From positions 2,752,001 through 2,816,000 of the forward strand of contig OZ244042.1 in assembly GCA_965215015.1 (NCBI GenBank): a stretch of DNA of 64,000 nt, given 5' to 3'. Positions 39,161 to 49,089 of this stretch are shown one piece after another (within the stretch, counting starts at the first letter, position 1; the number at the start of each line of letters is the position of its first letter). A model generated the notes under the pieces. The model saw nothing but the letters and a program-made list of their open reading frames with translations, did no database searches and was not told the origin of the DNA. The stretch is from Candidatus Poribacteria bacterium. GTDB lineage: Bacteria; Poribacteria; WGA-4E; PCPOR2b. Made by a program: the position numbers and the translations under genes.

Positions 39161-39246
39161 ATATAAGCCTTTTTTCATCTTGATCCAGCGTCCGTTTTCC
39201 ACTACGCTATCCCTCAAATTCGATACCACAATTCAAGGAGAAAACG

Positions 39247-41181
39247 ATGACCCAACCACAGGTGGCCCCCTATGGCTCATGGGAATCGCCAATCAGCGCA
39301 GATCTGATTTCAACCGAAGGACGTAGAATAATAGAAGCCGTAGCCGATGGAGAAGATATCTATTGGATTCAGATGCGTCCGGCTGAGAGCGGGCGGTATG
39401 TCATTGTTCGACGCACCCCGGACGGACAAACGACCGATGTAACACCAGCCCCTTTCAACGCGCGTACACGCGTCCATGAGTACGGCGGCGCGGCGTTCAG
39501 CGTCAATGACGGTACCGTCTACTTTTCAAACTTTGAGGATCAGCGTCTCTACCGTCAAGCCGCTGGATCAGATCCACAGCCGATTACACCCGAAGCGGGG
39601 CTGCGTTATGCGGATGGGGCTGTTGATGCCAAACGAAACCGTCTCATCTGTGTTTGCGAAGACCATACCGATGCCGAGCGCGAAGCTGTCAACGCATTGG
39701 TGGGTATCAGGCTAAATGGAACAGAGGAGAGACAGGTGCTTGTCAGCGGCAACGATTTCTATTCTTCACCTCGCCTGAGTCCCTCTGGCACGCATTTGGC
39801 GTGGATGACTTGGAACCACCCGAATATGCCCTGGGATGGTGCTGAACTTTGGGTCGGTGAGATCGACACAGATGAATCGATTAATCATACCGAGTACGTG
39901 GCAGGGGGTGCAGATGAATCAATCTTTCAGCCCGAATGGTCGCCTGATGGTACGTTATATTTCGTCTCCGATCGAACGAATTGGTGGAATCTCTATCGCT
40001 ATCAGGCTGGAACCGTCGAACCGGTATGTGAAATGGAGGCGGAGTTGGGGAGACCGCAGTGGATATTTGGTATGTCTACCTATCAATTTGTCTCTCCCAA
40101 TCAGATTATCTGCACTTACACACAAGATGGTGTCTGGCATCTAGCAAGTTTAGACACCGTAACACGAAAACTCGATCGGATTGAGACTCCTTACACATCA
40201 ATTGCCAATCTACAGACTATTCCCGGAGGAGTCCTTTTCAATGCCGGTTCATCGACGGAATCGGCGTCAATTGTTCGCCTTGACCTCGCCACAAAACAAT
40301 TTGAGGTTGTGTACCGTTCAAGCGAGATAGAGATTGATGCCGGATATTTCTCAACCCCACAAGCAATTGAATTTCCAACCACAAACAATCTGAGTGCCCA
40401 CGCCTTCTTCTATCCGCCACAAAACCGCGACTACACCCCACCTGTCGATGATTTACCTCCACTGATTGTCATTAGCCATGGAGGTCCAACTTCAGCGACT
40501 TCCACTGCGCTCAACCTAGAGATTCAATACTGGACAAGCCGCGGCATTGCTGTCCTCGATGTGAACTATGGAGGCAGCAGCGGCTATGGTCGCGCCTATC
40601 GACAAAGACTCAATGGTCAGTGGGGTGTTGTTGACGTTGATGATTGTGTGAACGGGGCGCGATACCTCGCCGAGCAGGGCTATGTGGACGCCAATCGGTT
40701 GGCGATTCGGGGTGGCAGTGCGGGCGGCTACACGACCCTTTCGGCACTGACCTTTCGTGATGTCTTCAAAGCGGGTGCCAGTTACTACGGGATCAGCGAC
40801 CTTGAAGCGATGACAAGGGATACCCACAAATTTGAATCCCGCTATCTGGACAGCCTGATTGGCCCCTATCCTGAAAGACGTAATCTCTACCGGGCACGCT
40901 CGCCGATCCATTTTACAGATCGCCTTTCATGCCCATTGATTCTCTTTCAGGGGCTCGAAGATAAAGTTGTTCCCCCCAATCAAGCTGAGATGATGGTTGA
41001 AGCATTGCGGGCGAAAGGGTTACCTGTCGCTTATGTCCCGTTTGAAGGCGAACAGCACGGATTTCGACGCAGTGAGAATATCCGGCACTCACTTGAAGCG
41101 GAACTCTATTTTTATGCACAGGTCTTTAATTTTGTGCCTGCGGATATTGTGGAGCCAGTGATGATCGAGAATCTTTCATAG
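39247..41181 (+). CDS. S9 family peptidase (acylaminoacyl/dipeptidyl peptidase-like)
   Basis: APYGSW, HGGPT, GGSAGG, DKVVPP and EQHGF motifs. Confidence 0.95.
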   Translation: MTQPQVAPYGSWESPISADLISTEGRRIIEAVADGEDIYWIQMRPAESGRYVIVRRTPDGQTTDVTPAPFNARTRVHEYGGAAFSVNDGTVYFSNFEDQRLYRQAAGSDPQPITPEAGLRYADGAVDAKRNRLICVCEDHTDAEREAVNALVGIRLNGTEERQVLVSGNDFYSSPRLSPSGTHLAWMTWNHPNMPWDGAELWVGEIDTDESINHTEYVAGGADESIFQPEWSPDGTLYFVSDRTNWWNLYRYQAGTVEPVCEMEAELGRPQWIFGMSTYQFVSPNQIICTYTQDGVWHLASLDTVTRKLDRIETPYTSIANLQTIPGGVLFNAGSSTESASIVRLDLATKQFEVVYRSSEIEIDAGYFSTPQAIEFPTTNNLSAHAFFYPPQNRDYTPPVDDLPPLIVISHGGPTSATSTALNLEIQYWTSRGIAVLDVNYGGSSGYGRAYRQRLNGQWGVVDVDDCVNGARYLAEQGYVDANRLAIRGGSAGGYTTLSALTFRDVFKAGASYYGISDLEAMTRDTHKFESRYLDSLIGPYPERRNLYRARSPIHFTDRLSCPLILFQGLEDKVVPPNQAEMMVEALRAKGLPVAYVPFEGEQHGFRRSENIRHSLEAELYFYAQVFNFVPADIVEPVMIENLS

Positions 41182-41223
41182 CGGCACAGACAATTCAATA
41201 TTAAAACAATTGTTGGTTTTCAC

Positions 41224-41253
41224 TTGCCTTTGTGTGGGTGTATATGCTAAAAT
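41224..41253 (+). promoter_or_regulatory. Sigma70 promoter of the thrC-like leader
   Basis: TTGCCT-N18-TAAAAT with extended -10 TG. Confidence 0.6.
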
Positions 41254-41298
41254 TAAATGATTTTGTAATTAAACAACATAGGTAAGCCAATTAGAAAG

Positions 41299-41436
41299 AT
41301 GCGGCAATCTCACTTCAATTTTTCTCCAATTCGCCACTTTGTCCCCTTCGCAAATACGACCATGTACATGCCTAGCATGGGCATTGCTGTTGCGGTGTCC
41401 ATGCGTGCGGAGCAAAGTGAAAATAGGCAACTTTAG
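41299..41436 (+). CDS. Candidate leader peptide (45 aa, TTMYMPSMGI core)
   Basis: ATG 41299 to TAG 41436; its 3' end overlaps a segment complementary to the downstream terminator; weak RBS. Confidence 0.5.
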   Translation: MRQSHFNFSPIRHFVPFANTTMYMPSMGIAVAVSMRAEQSENRQL

Positions 41437-41479
41437 GTATGAATCGGGATTGTTTTTAATATATATGCTCTACAGAATT

Positions 41480-41513
41480 GCCTATTATCACGGCCGTGAT
41501 AATAGGCTTTTTT
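41480..41513 (+). terminator. Intrinsic terminator inside the thrC-like 5' leader (attenuator)
   Basis: Perfect palindrome GCCTATTATCACGGCCGTGATAATAGGC followed by TTTTTT. Confidence 0.85.
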
Positions 41514-41620
41514 ATTGTCCACATCTTTTTTAACGAAACGGTCAGTCAATATGGTCTGGAAAAATTGACAGACTATTTGCTAACAGAGTTTTCTTATATT
41601 TTGATCCAACGGAGACGAAT

Positions 41621-42853
41621 ATGACAGAAAAAGTACTGGGATTGAAATGTCGTGAATGTGGGAGGCAGTATCCTAAGGAACCTCTCCATGTGTGTGAATT
41701 TTGTTTTGGCCCACTTGAGGTAGATTACAACTACGAAGTCATCCAGAAATCAATTTCACGAGAATCCATTGAACGAGGCCCCGAAAGCCTCTGGCGCTAT
41801 GCCGACCTACTGCCAATCGATGGTGAGCCGACCGATGGATTTAATTCAGGGTTTACCCCTTTAATCCGCGCCAAAAATCTGGAAGCGGTGCTCGGTGTGG
41901 AGGCACTTTATATCAAAGATGATTCGGTGTGTCACCCGACCCTCTCTTTCAAAGATCGTGTTGTGGCGGTTGCGCTGAGTAAGGCAAAGGAGTTTGGGTT
42001 TGATACCGTTTCGTGTGCTTCAACCGGCAACTTAGCCAATTCGGTCGCAGCAAATGCAGCCATTGCGAATCTCAACTGCTTCATCTTTATTCCTGCCGAT
42101 TTAGAGATGGGGAAAGTGGTGGCTTCGCTCGTTTACGCCCCGACGGTGGTCGGAATCGCAGGCAATTACGACGATGTCAACCGATTATGCAGCGAGATTG
42201 CCGGTGTTTACCCTTGGGCGTTTGCCAACATCAATATCCGGCCGTTTTACGCAGAAGGCTCCAAAACCTTCACCTATGAGATTATCGAACAACTCGGTTG
42301 GGAAGCACCAGATCATATTGTTGTGCCTGCAGCGGGCGGTTCGCTTATCACAAAAGTGGGCAAGGCGTTGAAAGAGTTCCATACATTGGGACTGATTGAC
42401 AAGCCACAAACACACATCCATGTTGCACAGGCTGAAGGTTGTGGGCCAATTGCCACAACAGTCAAGGAGGGCAGCGATTTTGTCAAGCCCGTTAAACCGG
42501 ACACCATTGCTAAATCCCTTGCAATCGGCAACCCTGCCGACGGAATCTATGCCGCTGCAACGGTGCGGGATTCAGGGGGGTACGGGGAACATGCAAACGA
42601 TGAGGAAATTGTCGAAGCAATCAAACTCCTTGCCGCGACAGAAGGCATCTTCACTGAAACGGCAGGAGGTGTCACGCTTGCCGCAGCGAGAAAGCTAATC
42701 GAAAGCGGACGCATCAACCGAGATGAGCGAATTGTTGTCAGCATCACCGGCAACGGACTGAAGACCATCGAAGCACTTGAAGGACGAGTGCCCGAACCCC
42801 ATGTGATTCAACCACAACTGAACGCATTCCGAAAATTGATGACGATGCTTTAG
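41621..42853 (+). CDS. thrC: Threonine synthase family PLP enzyme with N-terminal zinc ribbon
   Basis: CRECG..CEFC, PTLSFKDR, CASTGN, EGSKT and ITGNGLK motifs. Confidence 0.9.
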   Translation: MTEKVLGLKCRECGRQYPKEPLHVCEFCFGPLEVDYNYEVIQKSISRESIERGPESLWRYADLLPIDGEPTDGFNSGFTPLIRAKNLEAVLGVEALYIKDDSVCHPTLSFKDRVVAVALSKAKEFGFDTVSCASTGNLANSVAANAAIANLNCFIFIPADLEMGKVVASLVYAPTVVGIAGNYDDVNRLCSEIAGVYPWAFANINIRPFYAEGSKTFTYEIIEQLGWEAPDHIVVPAAGGSLITKVGKALKEFHTLGLIDKPQTHIHVAQAEGCGPIATTVKEGSDFVKPVKPDTIAKSLAIGNPADGIYAAATVRDSGGYGEHANDEEIVEAIKLLAATEGIFTETAGGVTLAAARKLIESGRINRDERIVVSITGNGLKTIEALEGRVPEPHVIQPQLNAFRKLMTML

Positions 42854-42925
42854 GGAACGCCATTCCTAAGTGTCCACCTGTTTACCATTTCGGTTAAAAC
42901 TATGAAAACTGAGGAGCATAAAGCC

Positions 42926-44105
42926 ATGAATTTTTTCGACACAATAGAAATGGCCCCCCCCCGACCCCATCTTGGGACTTAACGCGGCCTTCAAGGCGGA
43001 TCCGCGGCCCAACAAAGTGAACCTGAGCATTGGTGCTTACAAAACCGATGACCTCCAGCCACTTGTGCTTGCAGCGGTCAGGAAAGCAGAGCAGCAAATC
43101 ATCACAGAGGGTATGGATAAGGAGTACCTCTCTCAAGATGGGGACCCAGAATACGTGAAGCATTCCATCAGACTGGTATTCGACACAGAGCAAGATAATA
43201 TCTTTGGGGCACAGGCACCCGGGGGGACAGCCGGTATAAGACTCGCCGGGGAGTTTCTCGCTCAAATTGGAAGTCAAGTCATCTACCTCCCGGACCCGAC
43301 GTGGGCAAACCACAACCAAGTGTTTACAAGAGCAGGATTGCAGGTTGAATCATATCCGTACTATGATGCGGAGCGCAGGGAATTTACCAAGTCGCGTATG
43401 GTAGAAGCGATTAAGTCCATCCCTAGTGGAAGCCCAATTCTGCTTCACGCCTGCTGTCACAACCCAACCGGGCTCGACCCCACACCAACAGATTGGAAAG
43501 AACTTTCAACAGCCATCAAGACACGGGGGCTGCTGCCGGTGTTTGACTTTGCCTACCAAGGTTTTGGGCAAGGTATTGATGAAGATGCAATGGCAGTCCG
43601 TTATTTCCTGGCTGAGGGCCATCAGATGCTTGTTGCAAATTCCTATTCCAAAAACTTTGGACTTTACGGAGAGCGGACGGGCGGATTCTATGTTGTTACA
43701 GCCGATGCGGACTCTGCTGAAAGGGTCAAATCTCAAATTATGCGAATTATCCGTGCCAACTACTCGAACCCACCTCTGCACGGTTCACGTATCATTGCAA
43801 CGGTGCTCGCTTCCGACACACTCAGGCAGGAATGGGAAACCGAACTGGCGGCCATGCGGGAGCGAATCTCCGGGATGCGCCAGGCGTTGGCTGAAGGCTT
43901 AAAGGCTGGCGGTAATTCAGTTGATTTTAGCTTTATGTACAAGCAGAACGGGATGTTCTCTTATTCCGGGCTCTCCAAAGCCGCCGTGGATCGACTGAAG
44001 GAAGAATATGCTATCTACATGCCGACAAACGGTCGCCTGAATGTGGCAGGATTGTCGCCTAAGAACTTGAATTACGTTGTAGAAGCAATCTTGGCGGTGC
44101 TGTAA
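42926..44105 (+). CDS. aspC: Aspartate/aromatic amino acid aminotransferase, frameshifted at the C9 tract 42954-42962
   Basis: GAGGAG RBS; MNFFDTIEMAPP/DPILGL is joined if one C is removed; HACCHNPTG, DFAYQGF and SYSKNFGLYGER motifs. Confidence 0.9.
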
Positions 44106-44121
44106 GCGAAAGGATTTTATT

Positions 44122-45474
44122 ATGACCAAACAAGTTGAAATACGCTATGAAGTCATTGAACATCAATTGGCGAACGGCTTGAAGGTATTGACGAAAGAAG
44201 TTCACGCCGCCCCGGTCGCCAGCAGTTATATTTGGTACAAGGTCGGTTCACGCAATGAACGCCCCGGACTCACTGGTGTTTCCCATTGGGTCGAACACAT
44301 GCTTTTCAAAGGCACGCCCAAATTCTCCAAAGAGGAGCTAGGACGCTTTATCGAAGGCAACGGCGGCAGATGGAATGCGTTCACGAGCAACGATTATACC
44401 GCATATTACGAAACCCTGCCCGCGGACAAAATTTCGGTCGCACTCGCCTTGGAGTCAGATCGGATGCAGAACAGTGTTTTTGATCCGGAGGAGGTCGAAG
44501 CAGAACGCACGGTAATCCTTTCGGAGCGCGAAGGGTATGAGAATACACCCCAATTCGTATTGAGGGAGGAGGTACAGGCGACCGCGTACAAAGCCCACCC
44601 GTATCAATGGGGTATCATCGGCTGGCCCTCAGACCTCAAAACAATGACCCGCGATGACCTCTACAACTACTACCGTCAACGTTACGTTCCGAACAATGCA
44701 ACCCTCGTCCTCGTTGGGGACTTCGATACCCCTGAGCTAATGAAACAGGTTGAGACCCACTTTGGGCCGCTTGCTAGCGGAGAATCGATCGTAGGTCCAT
44801 CGACGGTTGAACCCGAACAGCGCGGCGAAAGACGGGTTACAGTTCGTAAAGAGGGAACGCTCGCTTATGCTGCCATCGTCTATCATATCCCCGCGGCTGG
44901 GCATCCAGATTTCTATCCACTAGAAGTGATTAGTACCGTGCTTAGTATGGGCAAAACTTCACGGTTCTACCGTGCCTTGGTTGATAAACAGTTGGCAACC
45001 TCCGCCTATTTTTATCCCGATTTTTCCAAAGACGCCGGACTTGCTTGGATATTCGCAGAGGCACAAGTGGGTGTTGATCCAGCCACGCTTGAAAAGGCAC
45101 TATTAGAACAGATAGACCGTATCCAGAATGAAGTGCTCACAGAGGCCGAACTAGAAAAGGCAATCAACCAAACGGAGGCACATTTCATCTTCGCCCTCGA
45201 TAGCGTCTCAAATCAAGCGGCGCAAATCGGCTACTACGAAACCGTTTACGATTACAAATACCTCGATACCTATCTCGACAACATTCGGTCAGTCACCCGC
45301 GAGCAAACTCGCGAAGCTGCTCAGAAGTACCTCACCGAAGATAACCGCACGGTTGGATATTTTCAACCAATGTCACCGGGGAATGGCGGCACATCTGGCG
45401 AACCTGCTGCACCCGCTCTGCATCACATGAGACAACCCACCTTATTTCAAATTCAGGGAGGGATTGAAAGATGA
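44122..45474 (+). CDS. M16 family zinc peptidase, catalytic subunit
   Basis: HWVEHMLFKGT (HxxEH), NAFT and YVPNNA motifs. Confidence 0.95.
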   Translation: MTKQVEIRYEVIEHQLANGLKVLTKEVHAAPVASSYIWYKVGSRNERPGLTGVSHWVEHMLFKGTPKFSKEELGRFIEGNGGRWNAFTSNDYTAYYETLPADKISVALALESDRMQNSVFDPEEVEAERTVILSEREGYENTPQFVLREEVQATAYKAHPYQWGIIGWPSDLKTMTRDDLYNYYRQRYVPNNATLVLVGDFDTPELMKQVETHFGPLASGESIVGPSTVEPEQRGERRVTVRKEGTLAYAAIVYHIPAAGHPDFYPLEVISTVLSMGKTSRFYRALVDKQLATSAYFYPDFSKDAGLAWIFAEAQVGVDPATLEKALLEQIDRIQNEVLTEAELEKAINQTEAHFIFALDSVSNQAAQIGYYETVYDYKYLDTYLDNIRSVTREQTREAAQKYLTEDNRTVGYFQPMSPGNGGTSGEPAAPALHHMRQPTLFQIQGGIER

Positions 45475-46745
45475 GTAACCATCAAGCACCATCTACGCGC
45501 CACGTCTTTGACAACGGTCTGACACTGCTCATCCAAGAGAACCGTTTCAATCAAACCGTTGCAATCAGTGGACGGTTGAAGGCAGGCAGCATGTATGATT
45601 ATGAAGGTTTCTACGGGCTCTCGGATAGCGTTGCCAACATGCTGACGAGGGGCACCGAGGACCGGACATGGGAAGAAATCGCCGAGACGACCGAATCTGT
45701 CGGCGCAAATATAAGCGTTGGGGGGAATACCGAGACGGTCGGCGTTGAGGGACGCCTGCTGTCGAAGGATTTCGATCGTGTGCTTGACGTGCTCAACGAC
45801 ATCCTACGGGCACCCAACTTTCCACAAGAAGAGATTGAAAAACACCGGCATCAGGTTTATAGTTGGCTGAAGGCGTGGGAGGATGAAACGGATGATGTCG
45901 CGGATCGTCTGCTGCGAGAATCTGTTTACTCCAGTGAACACCCTTACTATTGGCGTGTGCAGGGGACGGCAGAATCGGTCAAACGGATACAGAGGGACGC
46001 ATTGGTTGATTTTCATGCGGCTTATTATCGACCCGATTCACTCATTCTGGCGATTGTCGGCGATGTGGAAACACAGGTGATTATTGAAAAAATTGACGCT
46101 GCAATGGGCGATTGGACGGCAAATGGTGAACAACCCTCTTTCACTATACCGGCGGTGGAATATGGTAAAAAGCAGGTTGTGGTCCGGTCCATGATGGACA
46201 AATCACAAGTGAATATTGAGTTGGGGCATAAAGGGATTGCACGGACAAACCCAGATTTTTACACTGTCAATCTCATGAATGCTGTCTTGGGTGGAAGTGC
46301 AGGAATTGCGCGATTGTTCGGGCGTGTGCGTGATGTGCAAGGACTCGCATACAGCGTCTGGAGTTCATTCACTCCATCAATCGGCGAAGGACTTTTCCAT
46401 GCAAGCGCGGGGGTCAACCCAACCAACGTGGACAAAGCTATTCACAGTATCCTCCACGAAATCGAATTGATGAAATCCGATGGTATCACAGAAGAAGAAT
46501 TGTCGGATGTGCAGAACCTAATTGTCGGAAATTTCGCGCTAGCCCTCGAAACGAACAGGGGCCTCGCCGCAGTGCTGCTAACTGCGGAGTTGTACGGTTT
46601 GGGACTCGACTATCTTGAGCGGCATGAATCAATTTACCGGGGTATCACCCGTGCACAGGTGAACGCGGCTGCCCGGAAATACCTACATCCAGATTTGTGT
46701 AGTATCGCAATTGCGGGACCGTATCAAGGCGAAACGATTGCATAG
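45471..46745 (+). CDS. M16 family peptidase, non-catalytic partner subunit
   Basis: Lacks HxxEH; RLFGRVRDVQGLAY motif; overlaps the upstream stop (ATGA). Confidence 0.92.
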   Translation: MSNHQAPSTRHVFDNGLTLLIQENRFNQTVAISGRLKAGSMYDYEGFYGLSDSVANMLTRGTEDRTWEEIAETTESVGANISVGGNTETVGVEGRLLSKDFDRVLDVLNDILRAPNFPQEEIEKHRHQVYSWLKAWEDETDDVADRLLRESVYSSEHPYYWRVQGTAESVKRIQRDALVDFHAAYYRPDSLILAIVGDVETQVIIEKIDAAMGDWTANGEQPSFTIPAVEYGKKQVVVRSMMDKSQVNIELGHKGIARTNPDFYTVNLMNAVLGGSAGIARLFGRVRDVQGLAYSVWSSFTPSIGEGLFHASAGVNPTNVDKAIHSILHEIELMKSDGITEEELSDVQNLIVGNFALALETNRGLAAVLLTAELYGLGLDYLERHESIYRGITRAQVNAAARKYLHPDLCSIAIAGPYQGETIA

Positions 46746-46782
46746 AAAATGCTTATCCAATAAAATAGGGATTAGTAAGGCA

Positions 46783-47073
46783 ATGCAAGAAGAAATAAAT
46801 AGCTGGACAGATGAAAATGAAAAGCAGTGGAAACAGCAGATTCGTCAGCTCTTCGATGCTAAGCTTGAGCAAGTTCTTCAAACCTATGGTTCTCCACCTG
46901 AGGTTGGCAATCAATTGGGGGACGTGCTTCGCGAATTAGAGGTGGAAGCCGCGAAACTTGTTGTGCCTCGGTCAGTTCGGAAGCATGTATCATCAGAGAA
47001 CCTGTTGAGGTGGGAAGATTTGTTGAGGGATGAGGAGATGTTGCTTGACCTACATTCTACTAGGAGAAAATAG
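46783..47073 (+). CDS. Small helical hypothetical protein (96 aa)
   Basis: TAAGG RBS; ends 4 nt before the HNH gene. Confidence 0.6.
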   Translation: MQEEINSWTDENEKQWKQQIRQLFDAKLEQVLQTYGSPPEVGNQLGDVLRELEVEAAKLVVPRSVRKHVSSENLLRWEDLLRDEEMLLDLHSTRRK

Positions 47074-47077
47074 TTTG

Positions 47078-48181
47078 ATGAATCGAAAACCAACTTCCAA
47101 CAATCGTGCTAAGTTTGTATGCTATCCAATGGTTGGCAGTATTGAACAACAAGCGTTTAATTTGCTAAAGACGCTAAAATGGATTCATAATTCGCGGCCC
47201 TCTAAGGGAAGTGAAGTTTGGAAATGGCTACGGACAGCGTTTCGTTCCCGTAAGCCTTTGGTTGATAAATATGCCCAAAACATCTACTCTGTTCTTCTGA
47301 GCGGGCCGGGTTTAGTAGAAGTCGAAAACGGCAAGTGTCGGCTTACCCGTGACGGTTACATCGTACTCCATTCATCCTCGTATGATTGCCTATTGGAGGT
47401 TTTTGCGAAAAACTTTGTTGGATTGATAGAGATAATGGAAATTTTACAGAACCGAGCTGAACTGCCAACGGAGGTTTTGCTGTTAGAATGGTTTGCAACC
47501 ACAAGTAGTCGTTTTCATCGAATGCGTTGCTGGGGAGAACGCCACATCTCCAATCAATTTCGTATCCGTGTGGACTGGCTACGTGCATTCGGCGTTATTG
47601 AGGTTGAAAACGGCAAATTTCGGCTTACCGCTGAAGGGCAACAATTTATAGACGAACACCCACCTGAATCTCTACTCTTGAGCTCAGACGAAATTCAGGC
47701 GGAGGAAAAAATCATTCGCGCACAAATTGACACTCCTTTCACGGTCTTCGATAAGACGGTTGCACAGACAAAGTCGTCGCGTCAAGCCTACGTCCGCAGT
47801 CGCGTATTCCGCAATATTGTTGTCAAACAGTATAACTATGCCTGTGCAGTTTGTAACTTTCGTCTTAGTACACCTGATAACGTGTATGAGATTCAAGCTG
47901 CACATATCATCCCACGCAGTAAGCGAGGAGCTGACGATCCGCGGAATGGGATTGGACTGTGTGGTATCCATCATTGGATGTTTGATAAAGGTGTAATTTC
48001 AGTTCTCCCCTCCGATTTAACAATCCGAGTTGCAGCTTATATCAAGGCACACAGCGCAGATCCATCAGGGGCTCAGGTAGCTCAGTATGCTGAACAACCT
48101 ATTCGTTCCACCGTTAATCCAGAGTATGCACCGGCAACACTAGCCTTAGAGTGGCATAACGAGAATGTCTTTATTGGTTGA
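47078..48181 (+). CDS. HNH endonuclease with N-terminal winged-helix-like domains (putative restriction enzyme)
   Basis: CAVC...AAHIIP...DDPRNGIGLCGIHHWMFDKG; two EVENGKxRLTxxG wing motifs. Confidence 0.88.
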   Translation: MNRKPTSNNRAKFVCYPMVGSIEQQAFNLLKTLKWIHNSRPSKGSEVWKWLRTAFRSRKPLVDKYAQNIYSVLLSGPGLVEVENGKCRLTRDGYIVLHSSSYDCLLEVFAKNFVGLIEIMEILQNRAELPTEVLLLEWFATTSSRFHRMRCWGERHISNQFRIRVDWLRAFGVIEVENGKFRLTAEGQQFIDEHPPESLLLSSDEIQAEEKIIRAQIDTPFTVFDKTVAQTKSSRQAYVRSRVFRNIVVKQYNYACAVCNFRLSTPDNVYEIQAAHIIPRSKRGADDPRNGIGLCGIHHWMFDKGVISVLPSDLTIRVAAYIKAHSADPSGAQVAQYAEQPIRSTVNPEYAPATLALEWHNENVFIG

Positions 48182-48389
48182 GAATAAATGAAGTGAACCA
48201 TGACGGGCAGCAAATTATTGAAAAAACTGCAGCAGAAAGTAGAAACGATCTGGAGGGTTGTCAGGAACAACACTTAACTTTGCCGCTGTCTATCTGGGAC
48301 AACGCTCCCGCTTCAGTTCTACTTGGACTGCTATTGGCAGAAGATGCACTCGTTCAAATTCAAGGTATACAAAGTAGGCGATTGAGCAA

Positions 48390-49076
48390 CTAGGGGCACC
48401 TACGCCCAGCTGCGATTAATAGATCTGGACGATTCGAGCCAATGGCGTCAACCCCCAGATCGATGGCACGCTGTATATCTTGAACCGTGTCGGGGTTCCA
48501 TGCACGAATTTTGAGGCCGTGTGTGTGTGCTTCCCGGACAAGCTGAGGATCAATATTCTGATGTTGGATATGTATTGCTTCCGCTTCCATATTGATTGCC
48601 TGTTCACACGCATCATCCGGCGGATCCGCCCACAACGCGCCTAGCCGCAAGTTCGGATTAAGCTGACGTGCTTCGCGCAGCCGTTCATGGACAAACGAGG
48701 TCAGAAGCACCTCGCTTTCCATCCTATTTCGCTCAACCGCACGGACAACCGGCTCAGCGGTGTCTGGCCCTTTCAGTTCAATCTGGAGAATTACCTGCCC
48801 GCGCACCAGATCCATCACTTCCTGTAGTGTTGGAATGCGCTCTCCTTTGCCGGCGTCCAACCGCCTCACTTCGACTAACGTGAAGTCGGCAATTGCGCCC
48901 TGTCCGTCGGTTGTCCGATCTACAGTGGTATCGTGGATAACTACCAGATGCTGATCGCGCGTCAGATGCACATCAATCTCAACCTGATCAACGCCGAGAT
49001 CTATCGCTTTTTGAATGGATAGCAACGTATTTTCTGGTTCAAGTTTTGCCGCGCCCCGGTGTCCTGTAAAAATCAT
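48390..49076 (-). CDS. Glycerophosphodiester phosphodiesterase
   Basis: GHRGA..PENTL, EIDV, HD..VDRTT and IELK motifs. Confidence 0.95.
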   Translation of the reverse strand: MIFTGHRGAAKLEPENTLLSIQKAIDLGVDQVEIDVHLTRDQHLVVIHDTTVDRTTDGQGAIADFTLVEVRRLDAGKGERIPTLQEVMDLVRGQVILQIELKGPDTAEPVVRAVERNRMESEVLLTSFVHERLREARQLNPNLRLGALWADPPDDACEQAINMEAEAIHIQHQNIDPQLVREAHTHGLKIRAWNPDTVQDIQRAIDLGVDAIGSNRPDLLIAAGRRCP

Positions 49077-49089
49077 TTGGTTCCTCTCT

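Noticed and set aside
41260-41520. SAM-I riboswitch or T-box
   Set aside because: I could not find their consensus elements by eye; an Rfam scan is still needed
48178-48393. 71-aa ORF after the HNH gene
   Set aside because: TTG start, no motif and no clear RBS; cannot be supported as a third islet gene
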